Origin: Candidatus Enterousia excrementavium
GTDB lineage: Bacteria; Pseudomonadota; Alphaproteobacteria; Rs-D84
Length of the DNA: 49,598 nucleotides
Reading direction: 5' to 3'
NCBI GenBank assembly: GCA_017694175.1
Contig: JADINE010000026.1
Coordinates: 1 to 49,598 of the forward strand
Below, piece after piece: positions 1 to 8,172 of the stretch (within the stretch, counting starts at the first letter, position 1; each line of letters starts with the position of its first letter). The position numbers and the translations under genes are program-made. The notes beneath the pieces were generated by a model. It was not told where the DNA came from. It saw only the letters and a program-made list of their open reading frames with translations, and did no database searches.

Positions 1-767
1 TTCACGCCGCCAACACAGGCGCGATTGAAATATGCTTTTTGGGTCAAAATGTGAATGGATACAAATACACCGACGCAAACGGTAAAACATATCGTCTGTC
101 GGATTTAATCGCCGCAGCCGCCAAATTGGACGCCATTAAACGCATTCGCTTTACATCCAGTTATCCAACAGAAATGACAGACGACCTGATTGACATGTTC
201 CGCACCGAGGCAAAACTGTTGCCCTTTTTAAACATGCCTATACAAAGCGGGTCGTCCAATGTATTGACAAAGATGAACCGTCCATACACACTGGATCTAT
301 ATATAGATATAGTTGACAAATTAAAATCCGCCCGACCCGATGTTCAAATTTCCAGCGACTTTATCGTTGGATTCCCCGGCGAAACCGATTCGGATTTTGA
401 ACAAACATTGGAAATTGCAAAACGCATAAAATACATAAATTCGTTTTCATTTAAATATTCACCCCGCCCACATACTGCGGCGGCCGTTATGCCGAACCAG
501 ATACCAGAAAAAATCAAATCCCAACGGTTATATAAATTGGACGAATTGCTAAACGAAATCCAACGCGAGTTCAATGAATCGTGCATCGACAGCGAATTAG
601 AATGCCTGTGCGAAGGCGCCGACAAAACAGGAAAACACACTATTTACCGCACCCCATATATGCAGCAATGCATCGTAAACATTCCTGCCGATACAGCACC
701 ACAATTGGCAAAAATAAAAATTACAGCGGCCAACAAAGCGTCACTGCGCGGTGAAATCAAAAAATAG
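1..767 (+). CDS. miaB: tRNA methylthiotransferase MiaB, C-terminal part (5' end outside window)
   Basis: Frame is open from nt 3 (..EICFLGQNVNGY..). 'FLNMPIQSGSSNVLTKMNRPYT' matches the MiaB radical-SAM core and a TRAM-like C-terminus follows. Confidence 0.85.
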   Translation, partial: HAANTGAIEICFLGQNVNGYKYTDANGKTYRLSDLIAAAAKLDAIKRIRFTSSYPTEMTDDLIDMFRTEAKLLPFLNMPIQSGSSNVLTKMNRPYTLDLYIDIVDKLKSARPDVQISSDFIVGFPGETDSDFEQTLEIAKRIKYINSFSFKYSPRPHTAAAVMPNQIPEKIKSQRLYKLDELLNEIQREFNESCIDSELECLCEGADKTGKHTIYRTPYMQQCIVNIPADTAPQLAKIKITAANKASLRGEIKK

Positions 768-772
768 TTATA

Positions 773-2344
773 TCAAAATGTTGCCGCCGCGCTAAGTCCA
801 ACTTTCACGCCAAAGCCAACAATATCATCATAAACCGCACCAACACTTACTGTACCGGCAAAACCGTCATTTGGCGATAATATATGCATTTCTGCATCCA
901 CGTTAAACATGCCACGAATATCCGCAGCAATTCCAAACCCATATTTGTACTTCAAATCATACCCAGCAAAATCCACCAATAAATTAGCCCCTGCGGCCGC
1001 AACAAATTCTGTATCTGTCAATTTAGCGATATTGGCATAATCAACCCCACCACGAACAAACGGCACCACTTCGACATTTTGTGCCACATCAAACACAAAA
1101 CCAAAATCAGCCACAGAATACACAGACAGTCCCATCGGATTACTGACGGTATCGGTACCATTGAACACCGAATCTATATTAAAATTAGCAACAGAAATTC
1201 CCGCCAATGCGCGCGCAAAAATATCATCATCAAAATACGCTATGTGCACGTTTCCGCCGTACAGCGCAGATTTATATTCTTCGAAATCATCAGATTGATT
1301 CAAACTAAACACATAACCCGCTATGCCCAAAGTTATTGTATCACCAACACCATACGTTCTTTCGATTGCACCGCCCAACGCATCCATTCCATCAGCAAAT
1401 AATGCCACAGGCATCAACGACATATAATCACCACGTGCACGCACACGTGACATTTCTGTAAAATTCAACATTCTGACAGACGTCATCAACTTCATTGGGG
1501 CAAGCCGCATTGATTGCGACATAATGGCGTTTAATTCATCTATATCTTTGGCGCCATCTAACGCGGCCAGTAATTTATCATTCGCGTTACTTTTCCGCAA
1601 ATCATTCAAAAAATTTCCCAGATTCTTATTATCCAGCACACGCGCATAATCAGTATCACGAACATAATCCATATATAAATTTCCATCGGCCACACGCGCC
1701 GTCAGCCTGTACAAAGAACCCGCATCACCGCCGAACACATGCAACATACCGTCACCACGCACATTTGACAGCACAGGCCCATCAGTCAAATTTTCTGTAT
1801 CTTCCACATACAACGAAACATCGCCAACTAATTCTATGGGTGTATTTGATTTAATAGATGCATTTCCATCCAAAATTAAATTGGAATTTTCGATAATAAT
1901 ATTATTTGCCCCATTGGCAATGTTACCCAAATCAACCAATGAAATACCAGACGCGTTATCAACAAAAACATCAAATCCATCAGTTGTGTTAATCTTGGTA
2001 ACATCAGCACTGTTTTGAATCAACTGAACAAGGCGCCCACCATCAGCCACATCTATGCTGCCATTTATAACCCCAGAATTTCGTATTTTCACAATTCGAC
2101 CAGGCGCGACATTTATATTTCCGTTAATCACGCCATTATTTACAATCGTCACAGACAAATTCACATTAATATCATCAGCATTAACTGTGACATCATCATC
2201 TATTTCCACATTGTCCCACAGATTCCAATTTTCACCATACGAAACACTCGTACCAATATACAAAGCATCGGCCCCGCGCACAGCCGCAAACACGCAACAA
2301 AATCCAGCTAACAAGTGTCTTAAAACCACCATGCCAACAAACAT
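773..2344 (-). CDS. autotransporter-like outer membrane protein
   Basis: N-terminal signal-like segment. Passenger has N/G/I/V-rich repeats (NNGVINGNINV, NSGVINGSIDV). C-terminal ~270 aa has alternating beta-strand character and ends in ..AAATF (terminal aromatic). Confidence 0.55.
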   Translation of the reverse strand: MFVGMVVLRHLLAGFCCVFAAVRGADALYIGTSVSYGENWNLWDNVEIDDDVTVNADDINVNLSVTIVNNGVINGNINVAPGRIVKIRNSGVINGSIDVADGGRLVQLIQNSADVTKINTTDGFDVFVDNASGISLVDLGNIANGANNIIIENSNLILDGNASIKSNTPIELVGDVSLYVEDTENLTDGPVLSNVRGDGMLHVFGGDAGSLYRLTARVADGNLYMDYVRDTDYARVLDNKNLGNFLNDLRKSNANDKLLAALDGAKDIDELNAIMSQSMRLAPMKLMTSVRMLNFTEMSRVRARGDYMSLMPVALFADGMDALGGAIERTYGVGDTITLGIAGYVFSLNQSDDFEEYKSALYGGNVHIAYFDDDIFARALAGISVANFNIDSVFNGTDTVSNPMGLSVYSVADFGFVFDVAQNVEVVPFVRGGVDYANIAKLTDTEFVAAAGANLLVDFAGYDLKYKYGFGIAADIRGMFNVDAEMHILSPNDGFAGTVSVGAVYDDIVGFGVKVGLSAAATF

Positions 2345-2385
2345 AGCACAACGGAATTTTTTCTTAAAGTGTTTTTATAAAAAAA

Positions 2386-2407
2386 CAACCCTGAACAATC
2401 AGGGTTG
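2386..2407 (-). terminator. intrinsic terminator after the lipoprotein gene
   Basis: CAACCCTGA-ACAA-TCAGGGTTG hairpin (9 bp). On the minus strand it is followed by a T7 run (A-run 2379-2385). Confidence 0.65.
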
Positions 2408-2426
2408 TAAAATTATGCCGAACAAC

Positions 2427-2972
2427 TTATAACATCATGCCTTTTTCCAACGTGCCCCAACCTGCTTTATATCCGCCGTCACGTTCCAAATAAATTTTCG
2501 CGTTATTCAGCTGTTCCGCAGTCAAGCCACGAATAATGAAAGATTCTTTTAATTTACCGCCACGTTCAGTTGAACTTAACGTTGGGAAATTCACAGACAT
2601 AGGCTCTTTATCGCAACACATGCTGTTATTATTGCAACTGCTGCATTGGTGCACACGCACTGTATAAACTTTACCTGGGCGTAAATCTTTTACATCTACT
2701 TCCATCTTTAACCCAGCATCAGTTTCGTAAAATTTAATATACCCCATTCTGGATTCGCCGCCATGGCTACTGTGAGTATACATTTTTGCATGAACGTGAC
2801 TTACATCAGCATCTTCGTACGTTTGATAAAATACGACTGTTTCGGTTGGTTGCGCCACAGGTTTTGGTTGTGGTTTTGCTTTTTTCTGGCCGCATCCCAT
2901 ACACCCAGACAACAACACCATAACGCCCAACACAGATGACAGAACTAACATTTTTTTCATTATGTTTTTCAT
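2427..2972 (-). CDS. lipoprotein, possibly a degenerate Cu/Zn-SOD-like fold
   Basis: AAGGAG Shine-Dalgarno (SD) 6 nt upstream. Lipobox LLSGC. 'GYIKFYETDAGLKMEVDVKDLRPGKVYTVRVHQCSSC' resembles the SodC N-terminal strands, but the H-x-H copper ligands are absent. Confidence 0.6.
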   Translation of the reverse strand: MKNIMKKMLVLSSVLGVMVLLSGCMGCGQKKAKPQPKPVAQPTETVVFYQTYEDADVSHVHAKMYTHSSHGGESRMGYIKFYETDAGLKMEVDVKDLRPGKVYTVRVHQCSSCNNNSMCCDKEPMSVNFPTLSSTERGGKLKESFIIRGLTAEQLNNAKIYLERDGGYKAGWGTLEKGMML

Positions 2973-3094
2973 AAAGGTCTCCTTTTTTCCTTTTGGTTAC
3001 AAACAATATTGTACTATACTTTTTCATTATTTTCGCCAGGTATGATTTCCCATGTATACAGGGAAATCATGCACATAGCGCGTTTTGATATTGT

Positions 3095-3126
3095 AAAAAA
3101 TCCGCCAAAAACACGACGGATTTTTT
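3095..3126 (-). terminator. weak A/T-flanked hairpin downstream of the OMP gene
   Basis: AAAAAATCCG..12 nt..CGGATTTTTT. Only 4 G/C pairs in the stem. Confidence 0.4.
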
Positions 3127-3142
3127 ATTTACAGATTCAACC

Positions 3143-3754
3143 CTAGAACATAAATCTGATACCGATATCACCACCAAAATTATGTAATCCAGAATTAACA
3201 TCAACATAGTTATATCTTGCAGCAATATCGACTGCGAAACGTTGCATATCGAACGTTACACCCAATGCACCCATTGCTGAAAAACGCGCTTTACTTTCGC
3301 TGTGGCTGCCAACATTGGGAACATCGCGACTTACATCTGTAAACGCGACACCGGCGCCCAAGCCAAAGAATGGCCGCACAATGTGATAAGCGCCGAATTC
3401 CCAATACGTGTTCCACAACAATGTTTGCATTTTAGATTCAACTTTAACATCGTCGGCCAAACCAAATTTCGCGCTATCTTTGGCCTTGCTGTAAATAGAC
3501 CATTCAATTTCAGAACGCACCGTATCACAAATTTCCAAACCCAACGCAACACGGCCCTGGAACGCCATATCTGCCATAGTATCTTTGTGATTATTAAAAT
3601 TATAATTCAAAGTATTATAACTGGCGCCCCCACGCAGCCCGATATACGGATCCAGGCCAAACAATTGCCAACTGCTGTCATATGGATCACGTCCGGCGGC
3701 GAATGCTGGGCATGCAACCAACACTGCCAAGGTTGAAATAATTATTTTTTTCAT
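3143..3754 (-). CDS. small outer-membrane beta-barrel protein (OmpA-like/OMP_b-brl type)
   Basis: AAGGAGAG SD. Signal peptide MKKIIISTLAVLVACPAFAAG. Alternating aromatic/glycine strands. Terminal ..GIRFMF. Confidence 0.7.
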   Translation of the reverse strand: MKKIIISTLAVLVACPAFAAGRDPYDSSWQLFGLDPYIGLRGGASYNTLNYNFNNHKDTMADMAFQGRVALGLEICDTVRSEIEWSIYSKAKDSAKFGLADDVKVESKMQTLLWNTYWEFGAYHIVRPFFGLGAGVAFTDVSRDVPNVGSHSESKARFSAMGALGVTFDMQRFAVDIAARYNYVDVNSGLHNFGGDIGIRFMF

Positions 3755-3890
3755 TTTCTCTCTCCTTTGTTGTTTTGTAAAAGTATTTCATGTCAACAAT
3801 ATGATTTTATCAAAGCAAAACAAAACTTTGCACAGGCATGAATCCCTATTTACCCCTGTAAACGATTCGCGCCCAATCTGATAAATACCC

Positions 3891-3918
3891 TTGCATTTAT
3901 ATAAAAAAAGGCTATAAT
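3891..3918 (+). promoter_or_regulatory. sigma70-type promoter for tRNA-Lys
   Basis: TTGCAT-16 nt-TATAAT, followed by a GC-rich discriminator (tcccccg), about 28 nt before the tRNA 5' end. Confidence 0.55.
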
Positions 3919-3946
3919 TCCCCCGTTCTTTACAGAAAATGGACCC

Positions 3947-4022
3947 GGGTGCATAGCTCAGTTGGTAGAGCAACTGACTCTTAATCAGTGGGTCCAGGGT
4001 TCGAGTCCCTGTGCGCCCACCA
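3947..4022 (+). tRNA. tRNA-Lys (anticodon CTT), CCA encoded
   Basis: Hand-folded cloverleaf. Acceptor GGGTGCA/TGCGCCC. D arm GCTC-AGTTGGTA-GAGC. Anticodon arm ACTGA-CTCTTAA-TCAGT. T arm CAGGG-TTCGAGT-CCCTG. Discriminator A plus CCA. Confidence 0.95.
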
Positions 4023-4066
4023 CAAAATTTCGTTAACGAACGCAGTGAGTTTAAGAAATTTTAGTG

Positions 4067-4156
4067 CCACACGAAGCCTTGTGCGAAGTGCGGCTTTTTT
4101 GTTACCACACGAAAGCAAAAATTCCCACACGAAGCCTTGTGCGAAGTGCGGTTTTT
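4067..4156 (+). repeat. tandem duplicated 27-nt terminator-like element downstream of tRNA-Lys
   Basis: CCACACGAAGCCTTGTGCGAAGTGCGG occurs identically at 4067-4093 and 4125-4151, each followed by T5-6. A 12-nt partial copy lies at 4105-4116. Confidence 0.7.
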
Positions 4157-4170
4157 ATTTATACAATCTG

Positions 4171-4206
4171 CTGTATGTGCATAAATTCCTGCACATACAG
4201 CTGTTT
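4171..4206. repeat. palindromic hairpin element, copy 1
   Basis: CTGTATGTGCA-TAAATTCC-TGCACATACAG, a perfect 11-bp stem. The 36-nt segment is 35/36 identical to 5107-5142. Confidence 0.8.
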
Positions 4207-4213
4207 AAGCACA

Positions 4214-4840
4214 TCAATATGCACAATTATTTGTTATTTCAAATTGCCCCGTTGCATCATAATATGTGCCTGGTTCTATATAACAATCATCCACAGATGT
4301 TGCCCCCACCGGTGTTGAAATTCCTAATCTAACACCATTCCACAGCAATTGAAGTTTATCTGTTAATTCTGGATTCCTAAAAATATCATCAGGAATCGGG
4401 CACTCTACAGCTGAAAAAGTCAACTCACCCATAATTTCCTTTACCTCATCATATGACAACTCTGCCACACCAGGACAATATAGACCTCGTTCACACTGTT
4501 TAAACATTTCACCTGACCTGTCCTCGTCAAATACAAAATCTGTATCTAAAAAATACCCTGGCCGAATAGTCAAATGACACGAGTGATTATCATCTGAAAA
4601 CCTGTCCGGATCGTACGCTGAAAAAAAGCTCCCCTCCCATTCTGGAATATTAAATACAGAACTGCATGGAACCCCGCCCCTGTTCCTAATTTGATCAATT
4701 GACAGACAAATATCCCCGACCAACCATTGTGGTGTATCTTCGGTCGAATCGGAACTGCTACACTCTGTTATATCCCTGGCGGAACTGGCGGTCACAGCAA
4801 ATACGGTGGCCACCGTTGCAAATAAAAGTTTCTTGTACAT
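4214..4840 (-). CDS. orphan secreted cysteine-rich protein
   Basis: Start preferred at the second ATG (MYKKLLFATVATVFAVTASSA signal peptide), with GGGGG 5 nt upstream. About 10 Cys in the mature part. No family recognised. Confidence 0.6.
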   Translation of the reverse strand: MYKKLLFATVATVFAVTASSARDITECSSSDSTEDTPQWLVGDICLSIDQIRNRGGVPCSSVFNIPEWEGSFFSAYDPDRFSDDNHSCHLTIRPGYFLDTDFVFDEDRSGEMFKQCERGLYCPGVAELSYDEVKEIMGELTFSAVECPIPDDIFRNPELTDKLQLLWNGVRLGISTPVGATSVDDCYIEPGTYYDATGQFEITNNCAY

Positions 4841-4864
4841 TTTTACCCCCATTTTTTTGCAATG

Positions 4865-5033
4865 AAAAAACCACCAAAAGGTGGTTGGAGGTTCAGAACA
4901 ATATCAAACAAATTGTGCGGCTTATTCTGTATATTCGCCAGCCCTCCAACCGCTATCAACGCATGTTGGAGATTTAACGTCCTTGGACGGTTTGAATACG
5001 GGTTCTGACACCCCGAACCAATCTCTTGATTCA
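4865..5033 (-). ncRNA. candidate structured leader (attenuator/riboswitch-like) or independent sRNA
   Basis: Lies downstream of a TTTACA-17-TATAAC promoter. Contains several hairpins and three mutually exclusive CUCCAAC/GGUUGGAGG/CCUCCAACC segments. Ends in AACCACC-UUUU-GGUGGUU plus U6 (4886-4865). Confidence 0.4.
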
Positions 5034-5039
5034 AATTAA

Positions 5040-5068
5040 GTTATACCAATAAATCATTAAAATGTAAA
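5040..5068 (-). promoter_or_regulatory. sigma70-type promoter for the leader/sRNA
   Basis: Minus strand reads TTTACA (5068-5063), a 17-nt spacer, then TATAAC (5045-5040). Confidence 0.5.
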
Positions 5069-5102
5069 GCAGATAAGCAATTCAAATTCAGACATAAAAA
5101 AA

Positions 5103-5140
5103 ACAGCTGTATATGCATAAATTCCTGCACATACAGCTGT
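5103..5140 (-). terminator. intrinsic terminator of the LysM/M23 gene (palindromic hairpin element, copy 2)
   Basis: 15-bp stem with one mismatch and loop TAAATTCC. Flanked by an A-run (5095-5102) and a T-run (5141-5144), so it could act in both directions. Confidence 0.75.
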
Positions 5141-5153
5141 TTTTACAATCGCA

Positions 5154-6449
5154 CTATTTCAAATACGAAGATGGATTATACGCCTTGGTTCCCTTGCGGA
5201 TTTCAAAGTGTAATTGTGGCTCGTCAACCTTGCCTGTTTCGCCAACGGTTCCGATTTTTTGCCCAACGCTAACCTTGGTTCCACGGCGCACAATCATTGA
5301 ATCCAAATGCGCATACACAGTCATCCAACCACCAGAATGCTGAACAATAATCAGATTGCCCATGCCTTTAACTTCGTTACCTGCATACGCAACCACTCCA
5401 TTTTCCGCCGCCCCAACCGCCGTACCCTGGACGGCGGCAATATTTATACCATCATTAAACAACCCATCGCCCTTTGCGCCATATGCAGACAAAATTTTTC
5501 CCCTTACCGGCCACGAGAATTTCGACGACGACCGTGCAGTTATTGTCGGCAATTTTTTCGTTGGATCAGACGAGATTTTTTCCTTTACTGGCCCACTGCT
5601 TGCCACCGTACTTTGCGCCCCTGTTGCCACAGTTGCCGTACTTGACACAGCCACATTGCTGCGCACCGGCGCAGAATTCAAATTAGGCACTTTTAACTTT
5701 TGCCCAACCGACAACGTAAACGGCGCGGTTAAATTATTCATAACGGCTAAATCATTCACAGGCACCGAATATTTACGCGACAAAGAATACAAAGTATCAC
5801 CCGCCGCAACAGTTATTTCCTGTAACACCACACGCGTTGTTGTTGCAGCATTCGCCGGCACAGAAATTGTTTGTACTACGTTGGCCTCTTTCTGAACGGG
5901 CACTTTTAATTTCTGGCCAATTGACAAAGTATATGGCGCCACCAAATTATTTTCGCGCACCAATTCATCAACCGTTGTCCCATACATTTGCGCCAAAGAA
6001 TACAAAGTATCACCCGCCGCAACCGTAATCTCAGACGACGAAGACACCATCTCGGTTCCGCCATACATCGGCACATGCAGATATTCATTTTCCGCATCTG
6101 CGATTATCGCCCCGCCTGCATCCACAGGCACAGACGTACTTTGCGTCGGCAATTCGCCATACAAAGTTGTCACAGATGGTGGCACAATATAATCATTAAC
6201 ACTGGCATATTCAACATAATTTGCATCATCCACAGCCCCATACAAATTTGGCGCAGCATAAACCCCATAGTCTGTTGATGCAGCATTATAAATCTCGGGC
6301 TGGGTTTCAGGGTCCGCCAACAATGCTGGATAACGCGACGAAATAAATTCCCCAACAGTATCAGGCAACGCAACTATCTTGGGTTGCAAATCACACGCGG
6401 CAAGCGCCAACGCACAAATCCCCATAAAACACAAATTGAAATTTTTCAC
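5154..6449 (-). CDS. nlpD: LysM-domain M23 metallopeptidase lipoprotein (NlpD/DipM-like)
   Basis: Lipobox ALALAAC. Two LysM repeats (ITVAAGDTLYSL..IGQKLKVP). C-terminal M23 motifs (GINIAA, HSGGWMTVYAHL, LHFEIR). The start is GTG at 6449 or ATG at 6425. Confidence 0.85.
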   Translation of the reverse strand: MKNFNLCFMGICALALAACDLQPKIVALPDTVGEFISSRYPALLADPETQPEIYNAASTDYGVYAAPNLYGAVDDANYVEYASVNDYIVPPSVTTLYGELPTQSTSVPVDAGGAIIADAENEYLHVPMYGGTEMVSSSSEITVAAGDTLYSLAQMYGTTVDELVRENNLVAPYTLSIGQKLKVPVQKEANVVQTISVPANAATTTRVVLQEITVAAGDTLYSLSRKYSVPVNDLAVMNNLTAPFTLSVGQKLKVPNLNSAPVRSNVAVSSTATVATGAQSTVASSGPVKEKISSDPTKKLPTITARSSSKFSWPVRGKILSAYGAKGDGLFNDGINIAAVQGTAVGAAENGVVAYAGNEVKGMGNLIIVQHSGGWMTVYAHLDSMIVRRGTKVSVGQKIGTVGETGKVDEPQLHFEIRKGTKAYNPSSYLK

Positions 6450-6455
6450 ACACGA

Positions 6456-6464
6456 ATTATATCA
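6456..6464 (-). promoter_or_regulatory. extended -10 element (TGATATAAT)
   Basis: Minus strand reads TTTTTGTGATATAAT. The -10 ends 6 nt before the GTG at 6449. Confidence 0.45.
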
Positions 6465-6482
6465 CAAAAATAAAAATAAATC

Positions 6483-7217
6483 TTATCTATTTTCGTTTAT
6501 ATTATCTTTACGCATAAACAAAATGCTTATTTCAAACAACAACCACATAGGCACACCCAAAACAATTTGCGACACCACATCAGGCGGCGTTAACACCGCC
6601 GCAATAACCGCAATCAGCACAATAACATACCGCCGCATTTTTATGGCCCACGAACGCGACAAAACACCAATTCTGTTTAACAACACCAACACCAAAGGCA
6701 ATTGAAACGCCACGCCAAAAATTTTCAACATTCCAACGGCAAACGCCAAATAATTTGTTGCCTCCGGCAACACCACAGATGGCACAGGCGCACTTTCATT
6801 TAATTCGATAAAGAACCCAAACACAAATGGGAACAAAACATAAAACGCGAACGCCGCCCCAATTAAAAACAAAATTGGCGAAGCAACCAGCACAGGCCAA
6901 ATTATTCGTTGTTCTTTTTTATGCAACCCAGGACGCACAAATGCCCAAACCTGCCACAAGGCGAATGGAATTGTCACAAACAAACCAAATAACACCGCCA
7001 ACGAAAATCGAATCATCAAACCATCGGTTAAACCTGTGTAAAGTAATTCGCCATCAGGCCAAACGTCAAACAACGGCGCGGTTAACACCCACTGCAACCA
7101 GGGCGCAACATACCACCCTGCAACAAGTGCCAAAACAAACACCGCAAACGTCCACAATATACGCCGGCGCAATTCTGTAAAATGCTGAGTCATTGTCATA
7201 CGGGCGGTTTTTCTCAT
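6483..7217 (-). CDS. tatC: twin-arginine translocase subunit TatC
   Basis: 'HFTELRRRILW' N-terminus and a six-TM profile typical of TatC. ATGA overlap with tatB. Confidence 0.9.
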   Translation of the reverse strand: MRKTARMTMTQHFTELRRRILWTFAVFVLALVAGWYVAPWLQWVLTAPLFDVWPDGELLYTGLTDGLMIRFSLAVLFGLFVTIPFALWQVWAFVRPGLHKKEQRIIWPVLVASPILFLIGAAFAFYVLFPFVFGFFIELNESAPVPSVVLPEATNYLAFAVGMLKIFGVAFQLPLVLVLLNRIGVLSRSWAIKMRRYVIVLIAVIAAVLTPPDVVSQIVLGVPMWLLFEISILFMRKDNINENR

Positions 7218-7552
7218 TTTTTTGCCCCCCGTGTTTTTTTATCAGGCGCCTTTTTACGTGTGACTATGCGCGCCACAGCCTTGGGCTTGTTTTGTCTAAG
7301 TTCCTTTAACGGTTCCGATATTCCGTCCAACACATCAGACGTAGTCGTACGAATTAAATCATCAATTGGCTTTTCCAAATCAATTTGCTGGCGTATTTGT
7401 TCCGAAGCATCAGTAATTTTCCAAATAATTTTTCGTACAAACGTAACCGCCCCCGCCAAAAAACGTGCAACATCAGGCCACATGCGCGCGGGTATAACCA
7501 ACACAGCCACCAACAAAATTACCAAAAATTCAGCCCAACTGATTCCAAACAT
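7214..7552 (-). CDS. tatB: twin-arginine translocase subunit TatB
   Basis: 'MFGISWAEFLVILLVAVLVIP' TatA/B-type N-terminal TM plus an amphipathic helix. Positioned immediately upstream of tatC. Confidence 0.75.
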   Translation of the reverse strand: MFGISWAEFLVILLVAVLVIPARMWPDVARFLAGAVTFVRKIIWKITDASEQIRQQIDLEKPIDDLIRTTTSDVLDGISEPLKELRQNKPKAVARIVTRKKAPDKKTRGAKK

Positions 7553-7554
7553 CT

Positions 7555-8172
7555 TTAATCATAAAACGAATCGCCGCCACTTGTACTGACAGTTCTGTGA
7601 CGTTGAATCTGAAAATAATCGGATGGGAAATTAGTTTTCGCAGTCAAATCGTAAAACACAACATCTGTTTGTGCGCCCGTTGCATCAATAACGGTCCACG
7701 CATTTAATCGCACAGGATTTTTATCAAACACAACAGTCATGTTTCCCAGGCCTTCCTGACCACGCAGATTCATTTTTAATGAATACGTATCACCCAAATC
7801 GGATGTTTCAATAACATTAATATCTGCATTTTCCAAATCGATATTTTCACGAATTAAAATTCCAGCCGGCGTACTGGTTAACGGCACAGTTGTAATTTGA
7901 TCCAACGATTTATCAAAAAAGTACAAATCACGCCCATCAGAAATCAATTGCACGGGCATATTATCATAATCCAACCGCACACGTCCCGGCCGCAACATAG
8001 CAAAATTTCCGCGTTCTTGTTTGCCATTGGCAGTTTGAACAAAAACACCATTTAACCCAGTAATAGAATTCAAATACTGTTCAGCACTTGCCACCAATCC
8101 CGAATCAACCGCGGCATTTGCCGCCCCGCACAAAAACGCCACCATGATAAAAGAACACAATTTTTTTATCAT
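7555..8172 (-). CDS. lolA: outer-membrane lipoprotein carrier LolA-like
   Basis: Signal peptide. 'GVFVQT..GNFAMLRPGRVRLDY..QLISDGRDLYFFD' matches the LolA family pattern. Confidence 0.75.
   Translation of the reverse strand: MIKKLCSFIMVAFLCGAANAAVDSGLVASAEQYLNSITGLNGVFVQTANGKQERGNFAMLRPGRVRLDYDNMPVQLISDGRDLYFFDKSLDQITTVPLTSTPAGILIRENIDLENADINVIETSDLGDTYSLKMNLRGQEGLGNMTVVFDKNPVRLNAWTVIDATGAQTDVVFYDLTAKTNFPSDYFQIQRHRTVSTSGGDSFYD

Noticed and set aside
4067-4156. The direct repeats after tRNA-Lys as a CRISPR array
   Set aside because: There are only two full copies of 27 nt, each ending in a T-run. The spacer contains a partial repeat and no cas genes are nearby.
3988-4332. 114-aa plus-strand ORF beginning inside the tRNA
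   Set aside because: It overlaps the tRNA-Lys 3' half, both repeat families and the convergent CDS. It is an artefact of stop-poor repeats.
4865-5033. Whether the structured RNA is tmRNA, SRP (4.5S) RNA or 6S RNA
   Set aside because: There is no GGTTCGANTCC T-loop plus CCA end or tag-peptide ORF (tmRNA). There is no GGAAGGAAGCAGC-type domain IV motif (SRP). It does not form the single long interrupted hairpin typical of 6S. This cannot be excluded without cmscan.
4843-5034. 63-aa minus-strand ORF covering the candidate leader
   Set aside because: It has no SD, the peptide has no recognisable features, it would overlap the downstream CDS start, and the region is better explained by RNA structure ending in a terminator.
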